Shown piece after piece: positions 35,720 through 44,170 of a DNA stretch of 44,710 nt (position 1 is its first letter; each line of letters begins with the position of its first letter). Where the stretch lies: positions 1 to 44,710 of the IMG/VR virus record IMGVR_UViG_3300024254_000012; one strand, written 5' to 3'. This DNA comes from a virus. Its lineage: Duplodnaviria; Caudoviricetes. The position numbers and the translations under genes are program-made. The notes below the pieces were generated by a model. It did not search any database. It saw nothing but the letters and a program-made list of their open reading frames with translations, and was not told the DNA's origin.

Positions 35720-37063
35720 CTATTCCTGCTTGCCCGCGATCATCGTGCGGAACGCCGCCTTGGTCGCTTCGACGTGCTTGTCGCGACTCCACTTGTTCGG
35801 CGACTGCGGGACGGTGGGCGCCTTCGGCGGAACCGGTGGAGCGGGTGGCGTCGTCACCGGTTTCGCTGCGGGTGGTGCGGGTGGCTTCGCGGCCACCGGA
35901 TCGGCGCCGAGCAGCGGCTTCCGCTTGTCGTAGTACTTCCGCGCGCTCTCGGCGAGGTAGTCGTTCGCGCGCTGACTCGCCTCCTGCCACGACAGCTGGG
36001 TTCCGTCCTTGGTGACCGCTGCGCGGATCACGTCAACGATGATTTTCCCGGGCTCGTCTTCGGCCGCGAGCCATGGATATGCCTTCGCCGTCGCAGAGAC
36101 CGCCGGCTTGCCCTCGGCATCGTTCGCCGGCGCGAACTGCTGCGACAGCACGGTCGCCGCCTTCGTCCATTCCTGCTCGACACGCTCGGCCTCGGCCTTC
36201 TCGGTCGCAGCGGCACGCTCCTTCTCGATCTGCGCGGCTGCGGCGGCTTCCTTGCGCGTCTGGATCGTCTTGTGGGTGCGGACGATCTTCTTGGCCTGCG
36301 CCGCGTCGAGCTTCACCCGCACGTTCTCGGGCAGCGGCACACCGAGCACGTCCGACGAGAGCATCGTGATGAAGTCCGAGACCTCGCTCTTGAACTCGTC
36401 GTCGGTGGCGAACTTCTCACCGCGCATCGCCTCGAGCCAGTTGCGATAGGCCGCCGGCGGCGAGTCGATGTACGCCTCGAGCGAGTGTGTGTCGGGCAAC
36501 GACGGCGCTGCTGGTTCGGCTGCCTTGCGCTGCTTCTCGGCCTCGGCCTTCTCGGTAGCACGCTCGGCGGCGATCTGCTCTCGCTCGGCCTTCAGCTGCT
36601 GGACGAGCTGGCGAACCTCGGGATCGAGCGATGGCGCCGGCGGTGTGCCGGCGACTGGCTTGGGCACCTCGGCCGTTGCTGGCCTGGGCGCAACCGGATC
36701 GGCGCCAGCAATCTTCGCGGCCGCCGCATCGGCCGTGGCCGCGAGCTCGGCGACCTTGGCGGCTGGTGCTTCAGGGTCGAGCTCGTCGGCTTCGCTCGGC
36801 GCCGCGGGCGCCGCGGGCTCTTTCTTGCTCGCGAGGATCGCCTCGGCGAACGCCTTGCGCGCCTGCTGTGTGCGCGCGGTCGACCGCGGCTTGTGGAGCA
36901 GCGGCGCGTCTGTGACGGAGCTGCTGTCGATGCCGCCCTGTTTGGCTGCGTCCTTCGGGCTGTCGTCGTCGGTCGGGATCACACCCGGCGCGTCGGCCGG
37001 ACCGGATCCGCTGTCGCCTTCTACGTACTCATCATCGTCCGCCATTACACGGTCTTCGCTCAT
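35720..37063 (-). CDS. Capsid scaffolding protein
   Basis: Acidic, Ala/Pro-rich coiled-coil protein between portal and capsid, with a short basic C-terminal helix. Confidence 0.75.
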   Translation of the reverse strand: MSEDRVMADDDEYVEGDSGSGPADAPGVIPTDDDSPKDAAKQGGIDSSSVTDAPLLHKPRSTARTQQARKAFAEAILASKKEPAAPAAPSEADELDPEAPAAKVAELAATADAAAAKIAGADPVAPRPATAEVPKPVAGTPPAPSLDPEVRQLVQQLKAEREQIAAERATEKAEAEKQRKAAEPAAPSLPDTHSLEAYIDSPPAAYRNWLEAMRGEKFATDDEFKSEVSDFITMLSSDVLGVPLPENVRVKLDAAQAKKIVRTHKTIQTRKEAAAAAQIEKERAAATEKAEAERVEQEWTKAATVLSQQFAPANDAEGKPAVSATAKAYPWLAAEDEPGKIIVDVIRAAVTKDGTQLSWQEASQRANDYLAESARKYYDKRKPLLGADPVAAKPPAPPAAKPVTTPPAPPVPPKAPTVPQSPNKWSRDKHVEATKAAFRTMIAGKQE

Positions 37064-37254
37064 GGGGTCACCTGTTCCTGGTCCTGGTTGAATTCGGCCG
37101 CGTCGTGCTCGATCACCTGATCACGACGCCACGGCTTCGGGATCGCGTTGGCGACGCAAAGCCAGAGGTTCTTGTCTTGCTCGACCGCGTAGACGCGTCG
37201 GCCGGCACAGCGCGGGCACGCGTCACCGAGACGAAAGCGGGAGACGTCGATCAC
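37060..37254 (-). CDS. Small hypothetical protein (CPRC)
   Basis: MIDVSRFRLGDACPRCAG...; coupled to the scaffold by ATGA. Confidence 0.5.
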   Translation of the reverse strand: MIDVSRFRLGDACPRCAGRRVYAVEQDKNLWLCVANAIPKPWRRDQVIEHDAAEFNQDQEQVTP

Positions 37255-37264
37255 GGCGCTCGAT

Positions 37265-40012
37265 TCATTTGGTGGCGATGACCGTTGGAGAAAGCGGTTG
37301 GATCGATCGTCTGGGCTCGTACTCTCGGAGCTCGGCGTCGTCCACGATCCCTGGATCGGTCCCCATCGGAGCCGGCACAACTGCCCGGCCTTGGGCATAC
37401 AACGGAGGCTGCGGTGCGACGTAGGGTCCGGCAGGCTGCGGCGGTACGAGCCGATCCAAGAGATGCGGTTGTCGTGCGTCCATCGATCGGATCTGGTCGG
37501 CCAACAGCATCCCAGGACCGCCGCTCGGAAGGAGCGGTGGCGGTGCTGCAGCGAACTGCGCCTGACGCATCCGCGTCACCGGACCCAGCGGATCGCCCGC
37601 GTTGACGCTCGAGATCGCATCGACGCCGCCGGGCATCGCGACCGGAGGAGCTCCGTACGGAGCGGCCGCCGCCATCGGCGCGTGGAGTCCTTGTTCGAAT
37701 CCTTGCTGGAAGCCCGCCGGGAACTGCACGGGCGCGCCACCGGACGCCTCGTACTGGTGCGCGGCCGCGATCACCGACTTGCTGTTCGGATCGCTGTGCG
37801 CCAGGTAGAAGTCGGCGTGTCGATTCGCGAGCTCGGGCGAGTACCCGTACTTGCTCTGGAGGTAGTTCGCCACCGTGCCGTGCGCCTGACCGATCGGCAC
37901 CACGACCTCGGGGCCCTTCTCGCCGATCAGCGCCACGGTCGGCTTGCTCACCACGCCGCCGTCGCCGAACGCCGGCATGCCGCCTGGTCCCGCGCCCTGC
38001 GGTGGCGCTCCTGGTGGTGCCCCGCCTGGACCCGGCGGTGGCCCACCGTCGGGCCCGAGCAGCTGCGCTGCGTTGCCCTGCGCGACGATGTTGTTCTGCT
38101 GCGCGCCGGCGAGCGACGGTGCTCCTGCCTTCGCGATCGCGTCGATCCGTTTGCACTCGGCGATGAAGTCGCGGAAGCGCTGGCAGATGACGTCGCTGGC
38201 CTTCTTCGACTTTGCTTCCTCGAGCTCGCCGAGCGCCAGGAGCTTGCCGAGCGCCACGTTCATCTCCGGATCCGGCATGCACTCGATGAGCGGCACCTTC
38301 GGATTCGACAGGTCCGACAGGCACTGCTCGATGCGGTGCACCGGTCCGAGGATCCCGCGGTTAGCCCGCGCGATGTCGGGCTCCTCGAACATCGCCGCGG
38401 AGAGCGACGGGTCAGGGATGAGGCCAGCCTTCGCCGCCTCGTTGACCTCGTTGAGCTTGCCGCCGCGGGCGCCGGTGATGAAGTTCTCGGGCTCGAGCGT
38501 CAAGTGGTAGTCGCCGCCATCGACGTCGACGTCGGGCCACTCGTTCTCGCGGATCCACGCGGCGAGCTCGTCCTTCTTGATCGCCGGGGGCTGCTCGTCG
38601 AACATCTTCTCGAGCTTGCCGTTCGCCTCGTCGTGCATCATCCGCGCGCCGTCGACGTGACGGAGGCCGACCTGCACGCGCCACTGCTGGTAGCCGCTCT
38701 CGACGTGCGCGAATCGATCGGACTGCTGATCGTCCATCGTGTCGAGCGCCTTGCCGCTCGGCGTACCGGGCAGGCTCGCCTTGGCCTGCGATGCCCAGCT
38801 CGAGATGCCGCTGGTCGCGTCCATCACCTCGAGCATCTGGAACGCGATGCTCCACGCCTGCTTGCTGACCGGATCGGCGGCGATGTACCGGGGCTCGGCT
38901 CCGTCGTGTTCGATCACCGCGGGGTGCCGCGCCTTCAGGTGGTGCTTGTTCGCGCCGCCCTGGCGGGGCTGGAAAACCTTGAGCTGACTGCCGTAGTGAA
39001 TCGCCTCGCGCGCATCCGAGAGGATGTCGTTAACCCAGCCTTGCGCCTCGGACTGCTCGTAAACGAGGCCCGTTCCGCGGCCGACACCGCGCGTCGGCGG
39101 CGACCAGTACACCGGCACGAGCGGATCGCGCGGGCACGTCCATGGCGCGCGCGCGATCGTCTTGTTGCGCAGGCACACGATCCACTGGCCGTCCTTCGCC
39201 GTCGGCGAGCTCGGCGGGTGCCAGCTCTCCGCGACCTCGACCATGTCGGCGAGGTTCGGGCCGACGTACGTGTAGCTCATCCACGCGTCGACGCGATTGA
39301 ACTGCGGCGCCGCGAGGATCGCCTCCTTCATCGCGGGGAACCTGGCGATCAGCGTGTCACGGCTTTCGGGCCGGACATGCGCGCGCTGGGTCAGCAGGCT
39401 GTAGAGCGCCTCGCGGTGATCGTAGACGACCTCATAGGCCGGGACGCGGCGGAACTCGGTGTCGCCGCCCACCCGCTCGATCTTGCCGTACGCGGTGCCC
39501 CGGATGATGAAGTCGCGGACGACGAGCGGCGCCGCGAGCTCCATATCGCCAGAGCCCATCTTGCGCCGCAGCACCCGCGACTGCTCGCGCGCGAACCGCG
39601 CCTCGGTGTAGTCGGCGTCGTCGGCGCTGATCACCGGCATCGAGCGGACCTTGGTCAGCCGCGCCGTGCCGGTGTCGACGAGCGCCTTGATCTTGTTGAT
39701 CGGGTTGCGACCGCCGATGCCGCCGGTCCAGCGGCCGTTCGCGTTGAGTCGGCCGGCGGCGCTGATCGGCGTGTCACTGTAGATCGCCTCGGACACCAGG
39801 TCGCCGATCGCGTCGCCCGACCACGTCGTGCGCTGGCGATCGACCCACTGCCACAGCGTCGCGCGAGCCGCGTCACCACCGCCTTGCGCCAGGGCGAGCC
39901 ACCATTTGAGGTACTTGACCTCGTCGCGCTGTCGCGCCCGCTTGGGCTTGACCTCGTCGTAGTCGCGGACGTTTCCGCCGCTGCGAGCGTCGACGACCTT
40001 ACGGCGTGCCAC
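37265..40012 (-). CDS. Portal protein with a long C-terminal extension
   Basis: Lies between terL and scaffold; NKIKALVDT..ARL, RDFIIRGTAYGKI, VEVAESWH, GRGTGL, SGISSW....SG.AL. The start is uncertain (40012 or 40021). Confidence 0.85.
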   Translation of the reverse strand: MARRKVVDARSGGNVRDYDEVKPKRARQRDEVKYLKWWLALAQGGGDAARATLWQWVDRQRTTWSGDAIGDLVSEAIYSDTPISAAGRLNANGRWTGGIGGRNPINKIKALVDTGTARLTKVRSMPVISADDADYTEARFAREQSRVLRRKMGSGDMELAAPLVVRDFIIRGTAYGKIERVGGDTEFRRVPAYEVVYDHREALYSLLTQRAHVRPESRDTLIARFPAMKEAILAAPQFNRVDAWMSYTYVGPNLADMVEVAESWHPPSSPTAKDGQWIVCLRNKTIARAPWTCPRDPLVPVYWSPPTRGVGRGTGLVYEQSEAQGWVNDILSDAREAIHYGSQLKVFQPRQGGANKHHLKARHPAVIEHDGAEPRYIAADPVSKQAWSIAFQMLEVMDATSGISSWASQAKASLPGTPSGKALDTMDDQQSDRFAHVESGYQQWRVQVGLRHVDGARMMHDEANGKLEKMFDEQPPAIKKDELAAWIRENEWPDVDVDGGDYHLTLEPENFITGARGGKLNEVNEAAKAGLIPDPSLSAAMFEEPDIARANRGILGPVHRIEQCLSDLSNPKVPLIECMPDPEMNVALGKLLALGELEEAKSKKASDVICQRFRDFIAECKRIDAIAKAGAPSLAGAQQNNIVAQGNAAQLLGPDGGPPPGPGGAPPGAPPQGAGPGGMPAFGDGGVVSKPTVALIGEKGPEVVVPIGQAHGTVANYLQSKYGYSPELANRHADFYLAHSDPNSKSVIAAAHQYEASGGAPVQFPAGFQQGFEQGLHAPMAAAAPYGAPPVAMPGGVDAISSVNAGDPLGPVTRMRQAQFAAAPPPLLPSGGPGMLLADQIRSMDARQPHLLDRLVPPQPAGPYVAPQPPLYAQGRAVVPAPMGTDPGIVDDAELREYEPRRSIQPLSPTVIATK

Positions 40013-40087
40013 GACCAGCACCGGCGGGGTGCTGGGTCGACGAGATCGAACGAATCACGATGCGGAGCGTGGTCCCTGGCATTGGCA

Positions 40088-40360
40088 TCAATTCCCCTCC
40101 GGGTTGACGTCACCGCGCGCGACCCGTTCGACGTACGCGTCGAGCAGCGCGCCCTCTTCGAGCGTCACGCCGAGGAGGTTGCGAACACAGACCTCGGCAT
40201 CCTGCCCGTTCGTGAACGAGCCGTAGCACTTACCATTGGCCCACACGTCGAATCGGTGCATGCCGAAGTACTGCCGCACGTGAAAGTTTCGCGTGCGTAG
40301 CTCGATGCCGATGTCGATTGGGCTCCGCATCGCTTGCATCCTAGTCGACTGCTCAGCCAT
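40088..40360 (-). CDS. Hypothetical protein
   Basis: Overlaps the upstream gene by 8 nt; 90 aa. Confidence 0.55.
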   Translation of the reverse strand: MAEQSTRMQAMRSPIDIGIELRTRNFHVRQYFGMHRFDVWANGKCYGSFTNGQDAEVCVRNLLGVTLEEGALLDAYVERVARGDVNPEGN

Positions 40361-40607
40361 CGAGCAACGCTTCCTCTGGAACCGTCTCGCTCGGCTTGGC
40401 CGTGGGCTGCTTGAGCAGCTCGGCGCCGAACTTCTCATACATGGTCGGACGCGGCTCCGCGGGCTTGCGCTGCTCAGCCGCGGCGATGTCGGCCTTCGTG
40501 TCGATCACGCCGTCGAGCGTGACGTCGCCGACGGTGAGCGTCGTGTACGCGATGCCCTCCTTGCGGAGCATCAGGATGAAGTCCTGAAGCTGTTTGACGG
40601 TCACCAC
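40353..40607 (-). CDS. Small hypothetical protein upstream of the portal
   Basis: MVTVKQLQDFILMLRKEGIAYTTLTVGDV...; clear coding pattern. Confidence 0.65.
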   Translation of the reverse strand: MVTVKQLQDFILMLRKEGIAYTTLTVGDVTLDGVIDTKADIAAAEQRKPAEPRPTMYEKFGAELLKQPTAKPSETVPEEALLDG

Positions 40608-40842
40608 GTGATCTTTCTGTAGAGGTCATCTCGGCTGATCGTGAAGCTGGCGGTCGGTCTGGCCGGTGGCTGGTCCACTGGTGCCTCGACGATCCAGTAG
40701 TTATCGGTGTCGTACTTGCCTCGCGACGCGATGCAGTTCGCTTTTGTAGCCTCAGCGTTCATGGCGCTCGTGAACACCCCGACCAGCTCCTCGCCGGGCA
40801 ACAGGCGTTGCCGTCTTCGCGGAAGAGCAGCCAGACGATCAT
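40601..40842 (-). CDS. Small hypothetical protein (one base missing near 40797)
   Basis: MIVWLLFREDGNACC joins PGEELVGVFTS if CCC is read as CCCC; ATGA-coupled start. Confidence 0.55.
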
Positions 40843-41225
40843 CGTGGCACCAGAAGCGGATGTGGTCGACTCGCCAAATCGGGCGCGATCTCGTCGCTCA
40901 GTTTGTCGTGATCGGATTCGATGGGCGGCCGGGCCGCCTTTTCGGCAAGCCACGCGACAACGTCGGGCCGACTGCGCGTCGTTTCGAGCATCTCGCCGCA
41001 GATCGAACAGCAGTCGTGATCGAGCCACACCCACGGCACGCCGTAGTCGTTGCGGCAGTCGGCGTCCGTGTTGTCGAGGTGCGCTCCGATGTCGACGTGC
41101 GGGCAGGTCTCGCGCTCCCATTCGTTCTCGCGCTTCGTGTCAACCACGTACTGCTTGATGCGCGTTCCGGGTAGCGGATAGAAGTCCTTGAGCATGGCGT
41201 TCACGCTGGTGATTGTAGCCGTCAC
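40839..41225 (-). CDS. Protein with a major-capsid-like N-terminal arm and a Cys/His domain
   Basis: GTG overlaps the terL stop (GAGG RBS). MTATITSVNAMLKDFYP resembles capsid MAGDTLTTADAVLKQHYA; later CPH...CSICG. Confidence 0.65.
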   Translation of the reverse strand: MTATITSVNAMLKDFYPLPGTRIKQYVVDTKRENEWERETCPHVDIGAHLDNTDADCRNDYGVPWVWLDHDCCSICGEMLETTRSRPDVVAWLAEKAARPPIESDHDKLSDEIAPDLASRPHPLLVPR

Positions 41226-42853
41226 GCGACACCTCGCCGACGCCACGGCTGCTCGAGATCCTCGTCCAGCTCCGCCTCGAGCTCGGCGGCCTCGCGTGCG
41301 TATGCAGCTGGCGTTCCCGCCGCGGGCGGCAGCTCCTCCGGTCGAAACCGGAAGTGGTACGCACGCCGATGCCCGTAGAGCCCGGCATCGCAGCAATCGT
41401 TCGCGAGGGTCGGATCCTCGACCATGCGACCCGAGCCGTCGACGATGGTCGCCCACTGCAGCTCGCGCATCTCGGCGATCAACGGCGATCCGGATCGGAA
41501 CTTCACGCGGCGCGCGAGCACGTCGGCGTTGAACACGTTGATCGCGGTCTGCTTGTGCTGCTTCTCGGCTTCGACGATCGGCAGGCCGTAGCGATCGACC
41601 CACTCCTTGCTCCAGCCCTTGACCACCTGCTTGCCGATGCCGCCGGCGTCCGCGTCGATCGTGCCGACGGCGACATGCGCACGGATCGCCTTGAGCGCCT
41701 CGTTCTGGGCATCGCTGTCGAGCCCCGACTTCTTCCACGAGCAGACCTCGTAGAGCACCGGATCGTGCGGGTGCCACGACCACAGGACCTCGGCGAACGG
41801 ATCGTTGTAGCCGAGGTCGCACGCGAGCGCGAACAGCCCGTCGCGCCAGTCGTAGGGTAGATCCGCCAGCGCCGCGACGACGTCGACGAAGCCGTCCGGG
41901 CGAGCTCGGTGTGGCGCGTAGAACAGCTCGGCGTCGGTGAGCTTGTTGACCGCGTAGACGAAGTTGGAGTCTTCGCCGACCCACTCGGCGAACGCGGACC
42001 GCCGCATGATCGGCGAATCGAGCGGCGCGACCTCGGGGCCGCCGAGCAGCTCCTGGAGCCCGAGCACACCGGTCAGGTGCCGCGCTCCGAGGATCGCCTG
42101 AGGCATCTCGAACGGCTCGTGCGGCCCGCTGACGATCGCGTCGTGAACGCCCCACACCGTGAACCACTGGCCGTCGATGAGCTTGGCGCGACCCCAGAAC
42201 GGGTTGTCGAGCATCGTCCAGCGCTGGACCTGCCAGCCCTTCGTCTTCGAGTCCGTGCGCGTCACGTCGTAGAACAGCCCCGACATCTTGCGCTCGGCCG
42301 TGCCGGTCATCAGGAACTCGCCCTCGTAGTCGAGCAGCGCGGGCAGCATGGTCTCGACGATCGTGGTCGTGAACTTCGACGGGATCCGCTGCGCCTCGTC
42401 CCAACGCACGCGGTTCCACGGCATGCCGAGCGCCTTGCGGATCGCCGCGTCGTCGTCGACGCCGATCAGGAAGATCCAGCTGTTGATCGCGGGGAACCGG
42501 ATCGTCAGCTCGGACTCGTTAACGACCGCCATCCCGCTGTCGATCCAGCCGCGATCGCGGACGAGCGACATCATCCCGTCGCCGCGCGCGCCGTGCCACG
42601 CGAGTCGCTTGGACTCGGCCCGGGTCTCGTTGACGTAGAGGAACCGGCCGTCCTGGGTCTGTGCGGCGTGCTCGACGTCGCTCTCGTTGCCACCGCGCGT
42701 CTTGCCGGCGCGGCGCGAGCACAGCGCGGCTCGGAGCGACTTCTTGCGCGGCCGGTAGAAGTCGCGCTGCGCGTCGAAGTGGTGCGCTGTCAGCGACGCC
42801 AGGGACGCGCGTCCTGTGCGCCGGCGATAGTGCGCTTCGACGGCGGGGTTCAC
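41222..42853 (-). CDS. terL: Terminase large subunit
   Basis: Walker A CSRRAGKT, Walker B RWDEAQ, coupling motif TGT, nuclease residues ACDLGYND and NDCCDAGLY. Confidence 0.92.
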   Translation of the reverse strand: MNPAVEAHYRRRTGRASLASLTAHHFDAQRDFYRPRKKSLRAALCSRRAGKTRGGNESDVEHAAQTQDGRFLYVNETRAESKRLAWHGARGDGMMSLVRDRGWIDSGMAVVNESELTIRFPAINSWIFLIGVDDDAAIRKALGMPWNRVRWDEAQRIPSKFTTTIVETMLPALLDYEGEFLMTGTAERKMSGLFYDVTRTDSKTKGWQVQRWTMLDNPFWGRAKLIDGQWFTVWGVHDAIVSGPHEPFEMPQAILGARHLTGVLGLQELLGGPEVAPLDSPIMRRSAFAEWVGEDSNFVYAVNKLTDAELFYAPHRARPDGFVDVVAALADLPYDWRDGLFALACDLGYNDPFAEVLWSWHPHDPVLYEVCSWKKSGLDSDAQNEALKAIRAHVAVGTIDADAGGIGKQVVKGWSKEWVDRYGLPIVEAEKQHKQTAINVFNADVLARRVKFRSGSPLIAEMRELQWATIVDGSGRMVEDPTLANDCCDAGLYGHRRAYHFRFRPEELPPAAGTPAAYAREAAELEAELDEDLEQPWRRRGVA

Positions 42854-43257
42854 CGTCGCGCCTCGAGCACCCGCAGATCATTCGCCGCGTCGCTGACCGC
42901 ATGCCAATCACGCCGCCGCACTGCGGAGAGCAGGTAGGTGACGAGGGCGGCGTGATCATCTTCGAGATCGTCTCGGGCCTCGATGCAAACGTTGTCACCT
43001 TGGCACCCGGCAACGATCGCTGATGTCACGTCAGCATCGCAGTGAAGAACGCCGGTCTCGGCATCTACGCGCGTCAGTCCAAGCGATCCGTACCGAAGCG
43101 AGCCGTCGGGCGCAGCGAGCCGAATCGTGTCGCCCGCCTTGTAGTCTTGGGCGATCTCGGCGTTAGTCAGGAGCGCGATCGCGTTGCCATGGATCGCCGC
43201 GACCGTCGAGTGAAACGGTGAAGTGATCGTCCTCGGACTGTGTGCGCAGCAGCCCAT
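42850..43257 (-). CDS. Protein with a stand-alone copy of the major capsid central (insertion-like) domain
   Basis: Manual alignment with the capsid segment encoded at 34903-35100 gives 19 identities over 63 aa with one 3-aa gap. Confidence 0.7.
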   Translation of the reverse strand: MGCCAHSPRTITSPFHSTVAAIHGNAIALLTNAEIAQDYKAGDTIRLAAPDGSLRYGSLGLTRVDAETGVLHCDADVTSAIVAGCQGDNVCIEARDDLEDDHAALVTYLLSAVRRRDWHAVSDAANDLRVLEARR

Positions 43258-43258
43258 G

Positions 43259-43513
43259 CTACTTCGTCGCTTCCTCGCTGAGCCGCTTGATCGCGTCCGT
43301 GTACGCCTGCTGAGCGGCGCGGAACTCGACGTCAGCGGCCTTGACGCGGACGGCAGCGGCGCGGAACTCGACCAGGGCGTCGAGCTCGGAGCCGATGGGG
43401 GGCGCATCGCTACGGCGCTTGAGCACAAATGACGACGCCACCCTCGGATCCATCGGATCGAGGATGTCCGCCATGCTGGCATCGCTTGCCATGACGGATG
43501 GCGTGCCGGTCAC
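43259..43513 (-). CDS. Small hypothetical protein (C-terminal coiled coil)
   Basis: GTGA overlap; tight packing. Confidence 0.55.
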   Translation of the reverse strand: MTGTPSVMASDASMADILDPMDPRVASSFVLKRRSDAPPIGSELDALVEFRAAAVRVKAADVEFRAAQQAYTDAIKRLSEEATK

Positions 43514-43779
43514 GGCCGCACCGCGGGATCGATGTTGCGCCGCACCGGCTCGGCCTTCACGGCCACGTCGGGGATCCGCACTTTGTACGATATCGCCAGC
43601 GCCGACACCTCGCGCCGCACGCCATCGGCGGACGTCAGCCAGACGTCTCCGTTCTTCTGCTCCTCGCACTTGAGCAGCGGGAACTTCTCGATCGACCAGT
43701 GCGAGATCGACGACGGGTAGTTGGTGACGCCCGAGACCACGGTGACGCCGGGGAGGAAGTAGACCGCGCGGAGCTGCAT
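43510..43779 (-). CDS. Hypothetical protein
   Basis: MQLRAVYFLPGV...; ATG 2 nt after the upstream stop. Confidence 0.65.
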   Translation of the reverse strand: MQLRAVYFLPGVTVVSGVTNYPSSISHWSIEKFPLLKCEEQKNGDVWLTSADGVRREVSALAISYKVRIPDVAVKAEPVRRNIDPAVRP

Positions 43780-43781
43780 GG

Positions 43782-44168
43782 CTAGCTCTTCCCTTCGGGA
43801 TCTGCCGCCGTGTGAATCGCGAGAGCGTCGTTCGCGTCGATGTCGTAGTAGGTCTTGCCGCCGTCGTTCGAGAAGCACGACGACGAGCGCCGGTTCTGCC
43901 AGACCGGCGGATCGCCCTTGGGAGTCATGTCGGCGACGTCCACCCACTCGGCGGGGTCGCTCGTGATCGGCGTCAGTGGCTTGAACCGGAGCAGCTTCTC
44001 GAGGATCGACACGGTCATGGCCGCGGACATGCCGCTGTGGCCTTCCTCCGCGAAGACCTTGACGACCTTCATCACGCCCTCGCCGAGCATGCCCCCGTAG
44101 TCGCTGTCCTTGTCGAAGAGGCCGGCGCGGCGGAGCTCGGTCTCGGCGTGGGTGACGAGATTGCTCAT
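43782..44168 (-). CDS. Conserved-looking phage hypothetical protein
   Basis: MSNLVTHAETELRRAG...FAEEGHSGMSA...PLTPIT...EW...WQNRR.S..F; GAGG RBS. Confidence 0.8.
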   Translation of the reverse strand: MSNLVTHAETELRRAGLFDKDSDYGGMLGEGVMKVVKVFAEEGHSGMSAAMTVSILEKLLRFKPLTPITSDPAEWVDVADMTPKGDPPVWQNRRSSSCFSNDGGKTYYDIDANDALAIHTAADPEGKS

Positions 44169-44170
44169 CG

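Noticed and set aside
37298-40300. 1000-aa plus-strand ORF and other long antisense ORFs (e.g. 13853-15295, 23859-25265, 35774-37120)
   Set aside because: These are shadow frames of real minus-strand genes in high-GC DNA, with no recognisable motifs.
40088-40360. Third capsid-like fragment (YFGMHRFDVW vs capsid TYGLQLDTW)
   Set aside because: The match is too short and gapped to distinguish from chance.
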